A stretch of 62,724 nucleotides of DNA, filler included, from Rhabdomonas costata (taxonomy: Eukaryota), in assembly GCA_019059605.1 (NCBI GenBank). It is 25 parts of 25 records of this genome, joined end to end, with 100 filler letters (N's around TTAATTAATTAA, not from the genome) between each part and the next. Parts side by side here need not be neighbours in the genome. Positions count along the whole stretch, not along the records: positions 60,316 to 62,724 come from JAHMHO010003559.1; 24 more parts are not named here. The stretch is one strand, 5' to 3'. Positions 60,491-62,724 of this stretch are shown here, piece by piece. Below the pieces are notes generated by a model, which searched no databases, was not told where the DNA came from, and was given only the letters and a program-made list of their open reading frames with translations. Numbering within the stretch: position 1 is the stretch's first letter; every line of letters starts with the position of its first letter. Made by a program: the position numbers and the translations under genes.

Positions 60491-62724
60491 GGGTCTAATG
60501 ATGCTGCAGTCACTGTTCGAGAACCCCTTCAACCACAAGGCCTTCGGGTTTCCGCAGGAAACGTATCGAAAGCACCTGTGGGATATGACTAACCTCATGT
60601 TGGAGCAGTCGAACCAGCTTCCCCATCAGACGCCTCTGGGCGAGGCCGTAACCGGGTCCGTGGACGACCTCCAGCACGTCATTTCCAAACTACCGCCATC
60701 TCTTCCGGTCACCAAGAGCTTCATTTCTAGCCTAGAGATCCAAGTGGAGCCTGTGAGGATCCTCCGCTATGATTCCAGCCGTGCTAACCTGCTCTCCGTG
60801 TTGCTGTTCTATCCCTGGACCCCATGGTTCAAGGGCACCTTTCTGGGAACTCCCCACCTCTGGGTTTTGATGATCTTCTGGGCTGTTGTGCTTTCTTGGC
60901 TGGGGTTCTCGGAAGACCCAGTGGCACGCACCTTTCGTATGCCTGACCCTACCGACGCCAGTGTGCCTGTGAGCATACAGCAAGTGTACAAGGATGCCGC
61001 AACGACACTGAGCAACAACTTTGTCAAGGTGCAGAAGCTGGCCATCTTCATCCTCGGTCTGTACGTCAGCCTTACCCTGGCCCGGTGGTGGAGCATGCGA
61101 GACGTCTACCAAGGGGTGTGCAACCGGACCAAGGACTTGGCGGTTATGGTTGGGGCCTATCTGCATGCCCCGGACCACGAGGGAGGGGAGGACACGAAGC
61201 CGGTGCAGCACCTGCGAATGAAGATTGTGCGATATATGAACCTGGCACACGCCCTTGTGCTGAGCGAGGCATCTCGTGAGGAGGAAGAGCCCTGGGACTC
61301 GCTGCGTCGTCGGGGATTCATCACGGAGGACGAGGTGAAGCTTCTCGATCCCATTGAAAAGAACCGCTATGCCGTTGTGTACCTTTGGGTGCGGGACTTG
61401 TTGAGGCACTGCGACGAGAACCAGCTTCTTCCGAATACGTACATCTTGGCTCGGCTTCAGAAGGCTGTCACCCGAGTGAACGACTATGCCGACCAAATTG
61501 TGAACATGTTCCTCGACACTCAGCTGCCCTACACGTACATCCAGGTGGTCAGCTCTATTATTCAGGTGCTGCACTGGAAGGCAGTGTGAACACATGCCGA
61601 CCTACAACTGCGGCAGGGCCAACACAAGGGTTTTTCTTTCGCTTTGAACTTGAGTGCTTCTTGTGTTCCATAGCGCGTCGTCGTCCTTCCCATCTCATCA
61701 GTGTATGAGTCTGACGTATGAAGAAACCTCTTATTTCTGATGTTGACTGCTGATGTCATTGTGCAGGTTTTCATGTTTGTCAACGTCTGCCAGCAGGCCT
61801 TCTATCTCAACAACTTTTGGGATGACACTGGAGTGAAGCAGCTTGCGGAGATCTTCTGGCCGTACTTCCAGACTATCACGAGCGTGGTTGCCTTCGAGAG
61901 CTTCTTGATCCTTCACGTCTTCCTCACCAACCCTTTTGGTACGGAGGACTTTATTTCTTTTTTTCTTCTTTGTGGCATTTTTCTCCATGCCCCCCCCCCG
62001 GCATGTGTTGGCCTCTGGGGCCTGTTGCTAAGAAAGGCTAGTATTGGTACTATGGTGGAACCCGTATTACTGCAGTTGGCGTGAGTCGCAAATACATCAT
62101 TGATTTCTCGGGTTTGGTTGCTTTTGTTGGGTTTCTGTTGGTCTGTTGGTGAGAGGGGTGTGGCCCCCCAAAGGACATATGACATTTTCATTTGGAACTC
62201 ATGTGCAGCTGTAGCTGCGCTGATTAGATTGCATCACATCGTAGGTTTCTTCCACCTCTGCACTGATCCTGGATGCCCAGCCGCTGGTGACGTATTTTGT
62301 TTTGGAGGGGGCAAATGGGCCGGGGAGGTGGGGGTGGGATATGCAGGCAAGGACGCCCTGCACTTTCCTACTGAGCGCTTTCTGGACCAGCTGTGGCACC
62401 ACACCCTGCGCCTTATTCAGCAGCCAGCCACGGTTCCCTCCGCGGCCGCTCCCTCCTCGATCACCCCAAATGACGACGAAGAAGAGGAGAACAGCACATA
62501 CTCTGGACTCTGCAGCGAATGGACCCGGTGGGTAGGGACCCTGATGCACCGCGGGCCACTGAAGGTGTACAAGTACGTCCCGTGGAAGGCCCACCTGCTG
62601 AGCATCCTCCCTGTCATCCCGATCACGCCATGGTGGAAGGGGACCATCCTGGAAAGCCGCACCTTCATCTTTCAGATGGTGTTTTGGTGCGGCTGGCTGG
62701 CCTGGGTTGGATTTACCAACACCC
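60491..62724 (+). CDS. Multi-unit bestrophin (end of unit A, full unit B, start of unit C), partial at both ends
   Basis: Exons 60491-61565, 61767-61938 and 62347 to contig end. Motifs WFKGT, FILGLYVSLTLARWW, IVRYMNLAHALVL, GFITEDE, QLPYTYIQVV, LTNPFG. The NPF motif and the W.KGT N-terminal motif each occur twice in one frame. Confidence 0.92.

Noticed and set aside
1-62724. Gene cluster or operon-like system across the window
   Set aside because: Contigs are unlinked and ordered roughly by length; adjacency carries no biological information.

Overview
This is not a contiguous locus. It is 25 unlinked contigs of about 2.41 kb each, joined by artificial 100-nt spacers (44 N + TTAATTAATTAA + 44 N), so neighbourhood across spacers means nothing. 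The DNA is from an intron-rich, repeat-rich eukaryote with GC-rich exons and GT-AG introns. Donor sites mostly have a pyrimidine at +4, and several start codons directly follow a pyrimidine tract plus AG. Both point to a trans-splicing euglenozoan, probably a euglenid (inference). G/T-only contig starts, A/C-only ends and terminal fold-back hairpins suggest whole-genome amplification. Gene fragments I recognise by motif: DNMT2, a CAX Ca2+/H+ exchanger, a heme peroxidase, a NodU/CmcH carbamoyltransferase, an FkbM methyltransferase, an RRP12-like N-terminus, RING, ankyrin, EGF-CUB, sushi, LamG, tandem Cache-like and cNMP-binding proteins, a Kelch-PARP fusion and an RNF213-like exon. There are also decayed Ty3/gypsy and LINE elements and several MITE/SINE-like repeats. 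The strongest novelty candidate is the last contig, where one reading frame joins at least three bestrophin units head to tail. Second is a decayed intronless RPA-OB + USP protease element. All family calls are from motif recognition by eye, with no database search.
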